Source of the DNA: Raphidiopsis brookii D9 | GTDB lineage: Bacteria > Cyanobacteriota > Cyanobacteriia > Cyanobacteriales > Nostocaceae | Direction of reading: 5' to 3' | Length of the DNA: 32,000 bases | Assembly (NCBI GenBank): GCA_000175855.1 | Contig: ACYB01000007.1 | Location: 30,001-62,000 of the forward strand | Shown: in pieces, positions 9,961 to 20,321 of the stretch | How the letters are laid out: the number at the start of each line of letters is the position of its first letter | How positions within the stretch are numbered: position 1 is the stretch's first letter | Program-made: the position numbers and the translations under genes | Notes under the pieces: model-generated | What the model saw: only the letters and a program-made list of their open reading frames with translations | Database searches by the model: none | What the model was told of the DNA's origin: nothing

Positions 9961-10872
9961 ATGAATGACCAACAATATGATCACGGTCCAAGAATTACCG
10001 GAAAAACTAAAATTATGGGAGTGATTGGCTATCCCGTGGAGCATTCCCTATCACCCTTGATGCACAATGCAGCTTTGGACCACCTAGGATTAGATTACGT
10101 GTATTTGCCTTTTCCCATTGCACCGGATAATTTACAAGAGGCGATCGCCTGTTTTGCTTCCATTGGTGTGGTTGGTTTTAATGTCACAATTCCTCATAAA
10201 CAGGCAATTATACCTTTATTACATGACCTATCTCCTATTGCTCAAGCTATAGGTGCAGTTAATACGGTAATTCGTGTAGGGGAAAAGTGGGTAGGAACAA
10301 ATACAGATGTAGCAGGATTCATAGCACCACTACAAAGTACATACAATCAAAACTGGCATGAAAAGAAAGCGGTAGTTATAGGCAATGGTGGTGCAGCAAA
10401 AGCAGTGGTTGCTGGTTGTATTCAACTGGGAATGACAGAAATTCACCTAGTAGGTAGAAATATAGAAAAATTAAAACAATTTGAGCAAAGTTGGATAGAT
10501 TCAACCTTAGCTGATAAATTTACTAATAAACTAAAGATCCATAGTTGGGAGAAATTACCACAGCTTATCCCTCAAAGTAACTTATTAGTCAACACTACAC
10601 CTATTGGTATGTACCCAAACATAGATGAATCACCTGTGACTGAAGACCAACTGCATCAATTACCTAGCCATGCGATCGCCTATGACCTAATTTACATTCC
10701 CAAACCAACCCGATTTTTAGAATTAGCACAAACACAGGGTGCGATCGCACTGGATGGACTGGAAATGCTAGTGCAACAAGGTGCAGCAGCTTTAAAACTT
10801 TGGCTACAACAAGAAAATATCAATGTGGAGATCCCCATTGCCAAAATGCAGCAGGTTCTCACAAGTAATTGA
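9961..10872 (+). CDS. aroE: shikimate dehydrogenase
   Basis: GVIGYPVEHSLSPLMHNAAL, GFNVTIPHKQ, GAVNTV, GTNTDVAGF, VIGNGGAAKA, NTTPIGM, YDLIYIPKPT. Confidence 0.97.
   Translation: MNDQQYDHGPRITGKTKIMGVIGYPVEHSLSPLMHNAALDHLGLDYVYLPFPIAPDNLQEAIACFASIGVVGFNVTIPHKQAIIPLLHDLSPIAQAIGAVNTVIRVGEKWVGTNTDVAGFIAPLQSTYNQNWHEKKAVVIGNGGAAKAVVAGCIQLGMTEIHLVGRNIEKLKQFEQSWIDSTLADKFTNKLKIHSWEKLPQLIPQSNLLVNTTPIGMYPNIDESPVTEDQLHQLPSHAIAYDLIYIPKPTRFLELAQTQGAIALDGLEMLVQQGAAALKLWLQQENINVEIPIAKMQQVLTSN
10141..10148. repeat. HIP1 (highly iterated palindrome GCGATCGC), one of many copies
   Basis: GCGATCGC recurs at several sites, for example about 10675, 10741, 12482, 15226, 15721, 19199, 21549, 28006, 29357 and 30612; typical of cyanobacterial genomes. 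Confidence 0.85.
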
Positions 10873-10966
10873 AACCTTTGCAGTATTTCTCCTAGAATAG
10901 TATAACTTGGAAAGATATCTATTCCACTAATCAAATAAAATTAATTATTAACACAGGGTATATATA

Positions 10967-12181
10967 ATGGACTTACTCGAGTATCAAGTTAAGGAGTGGT
11001 TTAACAAGATAGGAATTCCCGTATTACCATCTCAAAGAATTGACCACCCCACAGATCTAAAAAGGTTAAAGATCCCCTACCCAATTGTGCTGAAATCCCA
11101 GGTGTATGCCAACGACCGCTCACAAGTGGGCGGAGTCAAAATTGTAGAAACGACTATTGATGCCATTGCAGCTGCTCAAAGTATATTTAGCTTGCCCATT
11201 GGTGGAGAACTACCAAAAGTTTTATTAGCGGAGAGCAAGTATGATGCTCAAGAAGAATTCTACCTAGCAGTAGTTTTAGATACAGTTATTAGTCGTCCTG
11301 TGCTTTTAGGGTGTAGATACATAGATTGGCAGTCTCCCGGAGAGAACATGCAATACGTGGTTGTGGAACAAGAGTTTTCGCCATTTTATGCCAGAAGACT
11401 AGCATATTTCATGGGTTTAAGGGGCGAACTAATGCAGTCCGTCAGCGACATTGTGACAAAAATGTATCATTTATTTTTGCACAAAGACTTAGACTTGGTG
11501 GAAATTAATCCTCTTGGGATAAGTTCATCTTGTCAAGTAATGACACTTAATGGCAAAATTAGAGTTAATGAAAGGGCTATTAATCGTCATCCAGACATAG
11601 CTGACATAGCAACTAAAATAGCACGCGATCCTGGGAGCAAAAGAATAAATGGCATGTTGGTTGATATGCTGGGTTGGAATAACCAAGGGGAGATTGGTAT
11701 ATTAGCCAATGGTAACGGTTCCGCTTTAACCACCTGGGATGCAGTGGTAGCTGCAGGAGGTAAACCTGCGGTCTCCTTAAATTTACGACATTCTTGGTCG
11801 AACCATACAGAACCGACAAAATTTAGTCAACGCATGGAAACTGGACTCAGGGTTTTGGCTGGTGATCGCAATGTTCAGGTTATTCTCATTAATTTGCTAG
11901 GTACCATTCCAGAACTCTCGGAAATACCAAGAGTGATGACTGATTTTATGGCATTGCAGTTGGAAGAACTTAGATGCTTTTTAAATACCCCTCATAAAAC
12001 CCTCCCCCAGCGCTTACCCAAAATAGTCATGCGCCTAGCTGGTAATGATTTTCAAGTGGCTAGGAAGTCATTACTATCTATCCTACAACTGCAAAGCGAA
12101 AATTTCATCTTGGTTGAAAATTTGGATGTAGCTGTTAAGGAAGCATTAAGTTTAACCAAATCACCAGTGTATAGAAAATAG
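10967..12181 (+). CDS. sucC: succinate--CoA ligase beta-subunit-like ATP-grasp protein (divergent cyanobacterial form)
   Basis: MDLLEYQVKEWFNKIGIPV...VGGVKIV...FYLAVVLD...DLDLVEINPL; overall SucC architecture but altered loops (see findings). Confidence 0.72.
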   Translation: MDLLEYQVKEWFNKIGIPVLPSQRIDHPTDLKRLKIPYPIVLKSQVYANDRSQVGGVKIVETTIDAIAAAQSIFSLPIGGELPKVLLAESKYDAQEEFYLAVVLDTVISRPVLLGCRYIDWQSPGENMQYVVVEQEFSPFYARRLAYFMGLRGELMQSVSDIVTKMYHLFLHKDLDLVEINPLGISSSCQVMTLNGKIRVNERAINRHPDIADIATKIARDPGSKRINGMLVDMLGWNNQGEIGILANGNGSALTTWDAVVAAGGKPAVSLNLRHSWSNHTEPTKFSQRMETGLRVLAGDRNVQVILINLLGTIPELSEIPRVMTDFMALQLEELRCFLNTPHKTLPQRLPKIVMRLAGNDFQVARKSLLSILQLQSENFILVENLDVAVKEALSLTKSPVYRK

Positions 12182-12229
12182 CCGTACTAACTCTCTTCAA
12201 AGAAAGTTTCTAAGTTTTATAAGGAGTTT

Positions 12230-13117
12230 ATGAACTTAAAGCCAGATAGTAAAGTTTTAATTCAAGGGTTTTCGGAGTTGATATCCACAACCCATATTGA
12301 CCAAATGAAATCATACTATGGTACTAATTTGGTCGCTGGGGTTGATCCCGGTCATGGTGGCATAATGGCACACAATTTGCCAGTTTTTGATTTAGTGGAA
12401 GAGGTGGTATCAAGTTTTGGGACAATTGATACAACAATTATTAGCGTACATCCTTATCAAGTGTTAGATGCTGCACTAGAGGCGATCGCCTCTAACATTT
12501 CCCAGATCATTATTATCTCTGCGGGGGTGCCACCTCTGGATATGGTGGCATTGTTGAGGAAAACAGAAAACCATGAAATCCTAATTGTTGGGCCTAATAG
12601 TCCGGGGATCATTGTGCCAGGGAAGATTCTCCTGGGCATCCAGCCCAGTGAATTTTATACTCCTGGTAATGTAGGTATTGTCAGTCGCAGCAGTACCCTT
12701 ACCTACGAGGTAGCTTGGGAACTAACTAAATCTGGGTTAGGTCAGTCTATTAGCGTGAGTATTGGTAGTGATGCAATTGTAGGTTCTTCTTTTTCTCAAT
12801 GGTTACAAATTCTAGATGAGGATGAAAATACGGAAGCAATAGTTTTAGTTGGTCAACCGGGAGGTGAAAGTGAGGAGGTAGCTGCCAAATACATATCAAC
12901 AGCTATTGATAAGCCAGTAGTTGCTTATATTGCTGGTAGACATGCACCACCTTCTAAATCTTGGCACCAATCAGGCAATTTTGCCACTGTGGTCAAACGT
13001 GATCCTGACTTTGGCAGTGTTTCCAGTAAGTTAAGCACCTTTAGTAATGCCCAAATACCTGTTGCCGAATATACTCAGCAAATTCCCCAGTTGCTGATAA
13101 AAGCCATGAAGTGGTAA
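12230..13117 (+). CDS. sucD: succinate--CoA ligase alpha-subunit-like CoA-binding protein (divergent)
   Basis: SKVLIQGFSE, GVDPGHGG, GPNSPGIIVPGKILLGIQPSEFYTPGNVGIVSRSSTLTYEVAWELT, EAIVLVGQPGGESEEVAAKYI, KPVVAYIAGRHAP. Confidence 0.72.
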   Translation: MNLKPDSKVLIQGFSELISTTHIDQMKSYYGTNLVAGVDPGHGGIMAHNLPVFDLVEEVVSSFGTIDTTIISVHPYQVLDAALEAIASNISQIIIISAGVPPLDMVALLRKTENHEILIVGPNSPGIIVPGKILLGIQPSEFYTPGNVGIVSRSSTLTYEVAWELTKSGLGQSISVSIGSDAIVGSSFSQWLQILDEDENTEAIVLVGQPGGESEEVAAKYISTAIDKPVVAYIAGRHAPPSKSWHQSGNFATVVKRDPDFGSVSSKLSTFSNAQIPVAEYTQQIPQLLIKAMKW

Positions 13118-13263
13118 GAATTGATGAATTTTCTGCAAATTTCTGGTAGTTTAAGTGATCAAACGGATGTAACTATGATATCATGTCTCTTATTCTGAAA
13201 TTTCACTTAAAAAACAGTTTCCACCCCATCAGGGAATACCGCAACTACTCCTATAATCAGACC

Positions 13264-15051
13264 ATGAACGGGACAGAACAAAAATTATCATCCAGGGATC
13301 TACTGCAACAAACTAACACATCAACTCACTATTGGGTGTCAATGCCTAAACCAGAAAATCACCTATTTGAGGTGAATCTGCACATTGACAACTACCCCGG
13401 ACTAGTGGTTGATTTGAAAATGCCTGTATGGACACCAGGGTCATACCTGGTGCGAGAATATGCTAAAAACCTACAGGACTTTACCGCATTTGCTGGTTCC
13501 AAACCTTTAGCGTGGAAGAAGGTTAGTAAAAATCACTGGCAAGTAGAAAAAGGTAAAGCTAATCAAGTGGTTGTACGCTATCGTATTTTTGCCCACGAAC
13601 TGTCGGTACGCACAAATTACCTGGATGCTACCCATGGTTATTTTAACGGCGCAGGGATGTTTTTTAGAATTCCTGGTTGGGAACAAAAGCCAATTTACAT
13701 TACTGTGGTCACACCTAATCCGCAATGGCAAGTAACTACCGCTTTACCACTAGTTAACCAAGAGGCAAATACCTTTTTAGCAGATAATTTCGATACTCTG
13801 ATTGATAGTCCTTTTGAAATTGGTAATCATCAGTTGTATCACTTCCAGGTAGGGGATAAACCTCATGAGTTAGCAATTTGGGGGAGAGGAAATTATCAAA
13901 TCAAACAGGTACTAGATGATTTACAAAAAATTATCACCTGTGAGGCGCAAATATTCGGGGGGTTACCCTATGAAAGATATGTATTTATCCTCCACTTAAG
14001 CCATGATCTTTATGGAGGTCTAGAGCATAAAAATTCCTGTTCCTTAATTTATGATAGGTTAGGATTTAGGGGTAAGGAAAAATATGAAAGATTCATGCAG
14101 TTGTTAGCCCATGAATTCTTTCATCTGTGGAATGTCAAAAGAATTCGTCCCCGGGAGTTACAAAGTTTTGATTATGACCAGGAGAACTATACAGCTTCTT
14201 TATGGTTTTGCGAAGGGATTACCAGTTACTATGATTTACTAATTCCTTTTCAAGCAGGAATTTATGACGCTAGGTCTTATTTACATCATTTGAGTCAGCA
14301 AATTACTAGATATCTCACTACTCCAGGGCGTTATGTCCAACCTCTGAGTGAATCTAGTTTTGATGCTTGGATTAAGTTATATCGCCCCTCTCCTAATAGT
14401 CGAAATTCTCAAATTTCTTACTATTTAAAAGGCGAAATGGTCGCCTTGTTATTAGATTTGCTCATTCGCCATCAAAATCAAAATAGACTTTCTTTAAATG
14501 ATGTGATGGTGCAAATGTGGCAGAAATTTGGCATACAGGAAACTGGTTATACTACCCAAGATTTAAAACAAGTCATTGAGCAGGTAGCCCAAATAGATTT
14601 ATCTGACTTCTTTAAACAATATATAGATGGTCTAGACCATTTACCATTCCTCAAGTATTTAGAACCTTTTGGGTTGACACTAGTCGAGCATTCCGAGTCC
14701 TCACCTTATCTGGGAATTAGGGTGGAACCGGAAAATGGAAGGGAAACTATTAAGTTTGTAGAAGCTCAGTCCCCCGCTAGTACAGCAGGATTAGATGTGG
14801 GTGATGAACTGTTAGCTATTGATGGGATTAAGGTAGGTGTAAATCAACTAGGTCATCGGTTACAAGACTATCAACCCAAGGACACCATTGAAATCACGGT
14901 TTTTCACCAGGATGAATTGCGGAACTACAAGGTGACCTTGGGCAAACCACGTCCCCAAAAGTATCAATTACGTCCAGTGGAAAATCCTAGTACCAGTCAA
15001 AAGGACAATTTTGAGGGTTGGCTAGGAGTACCAATTAATATGGTTCAGTGA
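13264..15051 (+). CDS. M61 family metallopeptidase with C-terminal PDZ domain
   Basis: [33 protein letters not shown] (HExxH plus downstream E), PDZ-like SPYLGIRV...[26 protein letters not shown] is open from 13183; ATG 13264 is the likely start. Confidence 0.9.
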   Translation: MNGTEQKLSSRDLLQQTNTSTHYWVSMPKPENHLFEVNLHIDNYPGLVVDLKMPVWTPGSYLVREYAKNLQDFTAFAGSKPLAWKKVSKNHWQVEKGKANQVVVRYRIFAHELSVRTNYLDATHGYFNGAGMFFRIPGWEQKPIYITVVTPNPQWQVTTALPLVNQEANTFLADNFDTLIDSPFEIGNHQLYHFQVGDKPHELAIWGRGNYQIKQVLDDLQKIITCEAQIFGGLPYERYVFILHLSHDLYGGLEHKNSCSLIYDRLGFRGKEKYERFMQLLAHEFFHLWNVKRIRPRELQSFDYDQENYTASLWFCEGITSYYDLLIPFQAGIYDARSYLHHLSQQITRYLTTPGRYVQPLSESSFDAWIKLYRPSPNSRNSQISYYLKGEMVALLLDLLIRHQNQNRLSLNDVMVQMWQKFGIQETGYTTQDLKQVIEQVAQIDLSDFFKQYIDGLDHLPFLKYLEPFGLTLVEHSESSPYLGIRVEPENGRETIKFVEAQSPASTAGLDVGDELLAIDGIKVGVNQLGHRLQDYQPKDTIEITVFHQDELRNYKVTLGKPRPQKYQLRPVENPSTSQKDNFEGWLGVPINMVQ

Positions 15052-15787
15052 GCATTGTGACTTGTCAAAATCCCTGGCTGCTTCTGTAGGGGTAAAATGT
15101 CTAAAATGTCTACTTGAGAACAATATTTTAAGTCCTCTACACATTCTAGACGTAATAATCTTTTACCATGGCTGGCTTGATGAAATAATCCTATTAAATT
15201 ATCTTGCCATTGTTCATAAAGAGCGATCGCACTCGTAACTTCATCATTACCGGCAATTTCATCTAACTCTAAACCGGTTTTCTGCCAAACACTATGGGCG
15301 ATCGCACCTGCACAAACAGTATCTTCTAGGGAGAAACTCCCCTCCCACCCCGAACCAACTATCCAGATGGTTTGGGGTTGTTTCTCCAATAAAAACTCGA
15401 CTACCGCAGAGCGATTGATTAGGGCTGCTGCTAAAACAATCGGGGCATCTTCTATTCTTTTTAGGGCACGGGTGCCATTGGTGGTACTAATAAATAAACG
15501 TCTCCCTTCCACTAGTTCTGCTGTGCAATCCAGGGGGGAATTACCTAATTCAAACCCAGCTACCTTACCACCACCTCGTTCTCCAGCCCGTAATCGCTTT
15601 TGTGCAGGCCATTGTTCGCTAACCTCTATTAGTTCATTTAGGTCAGAAAAAACCTGTACAGCCTCGCCACCAGCAGCCAATACCGTAGCTATAGTGCTAG
15701 TGGCGCGTAGAACATCGACGGCGATCGCACATTGTGGTATTCCCCTGTGGGTGTTAATTCTGGAGTATGATATACAAATATCTTCAC
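15045..15787 (-). pseudogene. comB: 2-phosphosulfolactate phosphatase (ComB) gene, frame-disrupted by an apparent 1-nt deletion near 15739-15746 (possibly a sequencing error)
   Basis: ORF 15045-15680 lacks the N-terminus. Upstream the same frame reads [25 protein letters not shown]. Another frame, starting at GTG 15787, reads (M)[14 protein letters not shown]. Adding one base in GGGGAA restores [26 protein letters not shown]. Confidence 0.83.
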
Positions 15788-15842
15788 GGACTAGATATAC
15801 CTACCTTAATAATACTATTGTTTATTGTACTTGCTGAGCGTC

Positions 15843-16436
15843 CTAGGGTAATTTTACCTCATCGGAGAAATTTCCCCAACGGACAAAGTGAAATGGCCCA
15901 GCGAGGGAACCCCAAACATGTTGATCAGTTTCTAAATCCCTTCCCCTGTCCCAGCTGAGGAATTTTTGGTCATCTATCTGAAATTTACTATCTAAATAGG
16001 TTTTTTGTCCTTTGCGAAATACTAGACAATTCTTACCTGATTCCACAGTACCAGTAAAGCAGTTACCAGTCCACTCCACCCGCATATTACAACCACATAG
16101 TTTTTCCAGGCGATCGGCAGTTAAATTTTGTAATTTACCCAAATCCCGAGATGATCCATAAAAATCCTTCTCATCTTTGACCGTATAGTTTTCAATGATA
16201 ATTTGCCCTTCTTCAACCAATAACTTTAAGACTCGAACACGATAGGGATCTTTGAGATCATAATCATAAGCTTGTTCAACAAAAAGACTGACTCCAGATA
16301 GGAGAGAATAAGCTAAAGGACGCATACAGACACGAATATGGGCATATAGAGGCGGATTTTCAAAAGCTTGAGCTTGATTGCTGAAATCCGCTGCCATCCA
16401 ACGAGCTAAGGTAAGAAGATCTTGAGAATGGGTCAT
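15843..16436 (-). CDS. cpcT: chromophore lyase CpcT/CpeT family (phycobiliprotein lyase)
   Basis: MTHSQDLLTLARWMAADFSNQAQAFENPPLYAHIRVCMRPL, EQAYDYDLKDPYRVRVLKL, GCNMRVEWTGNCFTGTVE; C-terminus GPFHFVRWGNFSDEV. Internal Met at 16436 preferred. Confidence 0.88.
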   Translation of the reverse strand: MTHSQDLLTLARWMAADFSNQAQAFENPPLYAHIRVCMRPLAYSLLSGVSLFVEQAYDYDLKDPYRVRVLKLLVEEGQIIIENYTVKDEKDFYGSSRDLGKLQNLTADRLEKLCGCNMRVEWTGNCFTGTVESGKNCLVFRKGQKTYLDSKFQIDDQKFLSWDRGRDLETDQHVWGSLAGPFHFVRWGNFSDEVKLP

Positions 16437-16610
16437 AGGATATGTTAATAGAACCACTTAAACCACTTATAGTTTACATGGGTAGCTTACATAGAGAAGT
16501 AGGAAGAATTCTATTTCTTTTGTAGGTTAGGCTATAATGTGGCCAGAGCCCAATTAAATTAGATGATCAAGTCAATATGACTGTGAATAAGAAATATATC
16601 AGAGATGTAA

Positions 16611-18062
16611 ATGATCAAAAATTTAGATAAAAAAACTTGGGCCCATGCCATATCCCAACCAGCAAAAGAATTTCCCCTCTCTCAATTACCTATAATTAGC
16701 GGTAAAATTCCCCAGGGTTTGCGAGGTACATTATACCGCAACGGTCCGGGGAGATTACAAAGGGGAAATATATGTGTGGGACACTGGTTTGATGGGGATG
16801 GAGCCATTTTAGCAGTTCACTTCCGTGATGAAGGTGCTAGGGCGGTTTATCGTTATGTAGAGACCAGGGGATATCAAGAAGAAACTCAAGCAGATAAGTT
16901 TCTTTACGGTAATTATGGTATGACAGCACCCGGTATGATTTGGCATAAGTGGCGAAGACCCGTTAAAAATGCTGCTAATACTTCAGTTTTGGCATTACCA
17001 GATCAACTTTTAGCCCTTTGGGAGGGTGATCATCCCCATGCTTTAGATTTAGAGAACTTAGAAACCAAGGGTTTAACTAATTTGGGAGGGTTAACCGAGG
17101 GAAAAGCTTATTCTGCTCATCCCAAAGTTGACTATCAAACGGGAGAAATATTTAACTTTGGGGTGAATATTGGCACTAATTTTGGCATTGGTTCCCCAGG
17201 GAGTGGTATCCTAAATGTTTATAAAAGTGATTTCACTGGTAGAATCATTAAACATGCCCAGTTTGATTTAACCCAATTTAGCCTAATTCATGATTTTGTT
17301 TTAGCAGGAAAATATTTAGTATTTTTCATCCCACCCGTACAGTTAAATATCTGGTCGGTAGTATTGGGAATTAGTAGTTATAGTCAGGCTTTGACTTGGC
17401 AACCACATATAGGAACCCAGATCATTGTTATTGATAGAGAAAATTTATCTTTAGTTAGTCGAGGAGAAACCGAATCCTGGTTTCAGTGGCATTTTAGTAA
17501 TGGCTATGTTGATAATAGAGGTATAGTAATTATTGACTTTGCCAAATATGCTGATTTCCAGACTAATGAATATTTACGGGAAGTAGCAACCGGAAAAGTA
17601 AAAACAACAGCCAAAACTACCTTTACCAGAGTAGAACTCAACCCCCAAACTGGAAGAATTAAACAACTAGCGACTTTATTAAATAGAACCTGTGAATTTC
17701 CTAGTGTCCCCAGCAAAAATGTTGGCAAATTTTCACCCGCCACATACATGTCCATTTTTAAAGAAGGAACGGAGACACAAGGAGAGATATTAAATAGCAT
17801 GGCTAAATTTGACCATGAGAATGGTATTTTAACTGAAGCCAACCTAGGTTTAAACTGCTATCCGTCAGAACCTATTTATGTTGAAGATCGAACAAATTCT
17901 GACAGAGGTTGGGTATTAACAGTGGTTTATGATGGCAATAGCCATAGTAGCAAAATCTGCATATTCGACAGTCATGGAATGAACGAAGAACCAATTTGTC
18001 AACTTGCTTTACCTTCCGTAATTCCCCATAGTTTTCATGGAACTTGGAAACCAGATAAATAA
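16611..18062 (+). CDS. carotenoid oxygenase (RPE65/CCD superfamily)
   Basis: GTLYRNGPGRLQRGN..GHWFDGDGAI, HPKVDYQTGEIFNFG, LIHDFVLAGKYLVFFIPP, WFQWHFSNGY, EPIYVEDR, HSFHGTW; metal-ligand histidines present. Confidence 0.92.
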   Translation: MIKNLDKKTWAHAISQPAKEFPLSQLPIISGKIPQGLRGTLYRNGPGRLQRGNICVGHWFDGDGAILAVHFRDEGARAVYRYVETRGYQEETQADKFLYGNYGMTAPGMIWHKWRRPVKNAANTSVLALPDQLLALWEGDHPHALDLENLETKGLTNLGGLTEGKAYSAHPKVDYQTGEIFNFGVNIGTNFGIGSPGSGILNVYKSDFTGRIIKHAQFDLTQFSLIHDFVLAGKYLVFFIPPVQLNIWSVVLGISSYSQALTWQPHIGTQIIVIDRENLSLVSRGETESWFQWHFSNGYVDNRGIVIIDFAKYADFQTNEYLREVATGKVKTTAKTTFTRVELNPQTGRIKQLATLLNRTCEFPSVPSKNVGKFSPATYMSIFKEGTETQGEILNSMAKFDHENGILTEANLGLNCYPSEPIYVEDRTNSDRGWVLTVVYDGNSHSSKICIFDSHGMNEEPICQLALPSVIPHSFHGTWKPDK

Positions 18063-18072
18063 TTAAATGTAA

Positions 18073-18921
18073 ATGAAATCAATGTTGAAAATGCAGGATG
18101 TAAAAACTGAAAAGGCGGGGTGGTCTCTTACACATAGAGATCCCCAATTTATTGCCAAGATGATGCCATTATTAGCAATTTTATATAATTGCTATTTCCG
18201 AGTAGAAACCAGTGGTTGGGAAAATATTCCAGAAGGAAAAATTTTGGTTGTTGGTTCTCACAATGGGGGTTTAGCATCTCCGGATACATCTATGATGATG
18301 TATGACTGGTTACGTCGATTTGGGACTGAAAGGCTGATTTATGGTTTAATGCATCCAAAAGTATGGGAGGTTTTTCCCCCAGCAGCTGAAATAGCTATGA
18401 AGGGAGGTGCAATCCGAGCCCATCCTAAAATGGCTTATGCAGCATTTCGTGCAGGTGCAAGTGTTTTAGTTTATCCTGGTGGTGCAGAGGATGTATTCCG
18501 TCCACACCAGATGCGAGATAAAATCTATTTTGCCCAAAGACGGGGTTTTATTAAATTAGCACTACGAGAGAATGTCCCCATTGTTCCAGCTATTTCCTGG
18601 GGATCCCACGATACCTTGATTGTATTAACTGATTTATATCAAATCATGGCCCGGTTTCATCAGTGGGGAATGCCATGGTTATTTGATGTTGACCCTATAG
18701 TTTTCCCTTTGTATTTGGGTCTACCCTGGGGTTTAGCCCTGGGCCCACTACCAAATATTCCTTTACCTGCTAAAATACATACTAGAGTTTGTCCACCAAT
18801 TATATTTGAAAGATATGGAAAAGATGCTGTTAGTGATGTGAGTTATGTCAATGAATGTTATGAACTGGTTAGTAACCAGATGCAGAGAGAATTGAACCAA
18901 TTGATCAAGCAAGCTAGTTAG
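18073..18921 (+). CDS. lysophospholipid/diacylglycerol acyltransferase-like (LPLAT superfamily) protein
   Basis: ILVVGSHNGGLASPDTSMMMYDW, KGGAIRAHPKMAYAAFRAGASVLVYPGGAEDVFRP, FIKLALRENVPIVPAISWGSHDT. Confidence 0.82.
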   Translation: MKSMLKMQDVKTEKAGWSLTHRDPQFIAKMMPLLAILYNCYFRVETSGWENIPEGKILVVGSHNGGLASPDTSMMMYDWLRRFGTERLIYGLMHPKVWEVFPPAAEIAMKGGAIRAHPKMAYAAFRAGASVLVYPGGAEDVFRPHQMRDKIYFAQRRGFIKLALRENVPIVPAISWGSHDTLIVLTDLYQIMARFHQWGMPWLFDVDPIVFPLYLGLPWGLALGPLPNIPLPAKIHTRVCPPIIFERYGKDAVSDVSYVNECYELVSNQMQRELNQLIKQAS

Positions 18922-19008
18922 GAGAGAGTTTAATGGTATGATACTCCAATTGATTGCTCAAACCCTTATTCGTAAAAACCACTTGTAAACTATACTTGTA
19001 AATTAACT

Positions 19009-20253
19009 ATGGCTAATATTAACGACAACTACCTAAAACTAAAAGCTGGTTATCTGTTTCCAGAAATTGCTAGAAGAGTCAATGCTTTTGCCCAAGCTAA
19101 CCCTGATGCCCAAATTATTCGTCTGGGTATTGGTGATGTTACTGAACCACTACCAGATGCTTGTCGTCAGGCCATGATTCAAGCTGTTCATGATCTGGGC
19201 GATCGCACTACTTTTAAGGGTTATGGACCGGAACAGGGTTATGTTTGGTTACGGGAAAAAATAGCTGTTCATGATTTTCAAGCTAGGGGAGCTGTTATAG
19301 AAGCAGATGAAATCTTCATTTCTGACGGTTCTAAATGCGACACGGGCAACATTTTAGATATTTTTGGCAGAAATAACATTATTGCTGTTACTGACCCTGT
19401 ATATCCCGTTTACGTCGATACTAATGTGATGGCGGGCAATACTGGAGAAGCTAATGACAAGGGAGAGTATGGTGGTTTGGTATATTTACCCGTAACTGCG
19501 GAAAATAACTTCACAGCGCAAATACCTCAACAAAAGGTAGATCTAATTTATTTGTGTTTTCCTAATAATCCTACCGGTGCAACAGCTACCAAGGAACATT
19601 TAAAAGACTGGGTAAACTATGCTAGATCCCAAGGATCAATAATTTTCTTTGATGCTGCTTATGAAGCATTTATTACCGATCCTGATCTTCCCCATTCTAT
19701 TTATGAAATTGAGGGCGCTAGGGAATGTGCCATAGAATTTCGTTCTTTCTCTAAAAATGCTGGGTTTACTGGTACCCGTTGCGCTTTAACGGTTGTTCCC
19801 AAAACCCTAACTGCTAAAGCTGCAGATGGTTCTAATATAGAATTGTGGAAATTATGGAACCGTCGTCAGTCCACCAAATTTAATGGGGTTTCTTATATTG
19901 TCCAAAGGGGTGCAGAAGCTGTGTACTCGGAGGAAGGACAAGCTCAAATCAAGGCTTTAGTAAATTTCTATTTGGAAAATGCTCAAATCATTCGTCAACA
20001 ATTAACTAGTGCAGGTCTAAAAGTTTATGGTGGAGTAAATGCTCCATACGTATGGGTGAAGACACCAGCTGGTTTAACTAGTTGGGAGTTTTTTGACAAA
20101 CTACTACAGACTGTAAATGTTGTAGGAACTCCCGGTTCGGGTTTTGGTGCTGCTGGTGAAGGTTACTTCCGCATTTCCGCATTTAATAGTCGGGAAAATG
20201 TGGAGGTGGCAATGCAACGAATTACAGAAAAGTTCTCCATGAATTTGCCATAA
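19009..20253 (+). CDS. dapL: LL-diaminopimelate aminotransferase
   Basis: [75 protein letters not shown] region, [19 protein letters not shown]; 414 aa. Confidence 0.96.
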   Translation: MANINDNYLKLKAGYLFPEIARRVNAFAQANPDAQIIRLGIGDVTEPLPDACRQAMIQAVHDLGDRTTFKGYGPEQGYVWLREKIAVHDFQARGAVIEADEIFISDGSKCDTGNILDIFGRNNIIAVTDPVYPVYVDTNVMAGNTGEANDKGEYGGLVYLPVTAENNFTAQIPQQKVDLIYLCFPNNPTGATATKEHLKDWVNYARSQGSIIFFDAAYEAFITDPDLPHSIYEIEGARECAIEFRSFSKNAGFTGTRCALTVVPKTLTAKAADGSNIELWKLWNRRQSTKFNGVSYIVQRGAEAVYSEEGQAQIKALVNFYLENAQIIRQQLTSAGLKVYGGVNAPYVWVKTPAGLTSWEFFDKLLQTVNVVGTPGSGFGAAGEGYFRISAFNSRENVEVAMQRITEKFSMNLP

Positions 20254-20267
20254 TGTGACATACTCCA

Positions 20268-20292
20268 CACACTCACACGAAGGGTGAGTGTG
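20268..20292 (+). terminator. short hairpin downstream of dapL
   Basis: 9-bp inverted repeat CACACTCAC ... GTGAGTGTG; no strong T-tract. Confidence 0.35.
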
Positions 20293-20321
20293 GACTTGCG
20301 ACTCCTCTATGAGGACATTGA

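Noticed and set aside
15367-15837. 156-aa plus-strand ORF
   Set aside because: Lies antisense to comB; low-complexity composition (many S/T/P/R) without motifs. The comB reading frame explains the region.
17504-17842. 112-aa minus-strand ORF
   Set aside because: Antisense to the well-supported carotenoid oxygenase gene.
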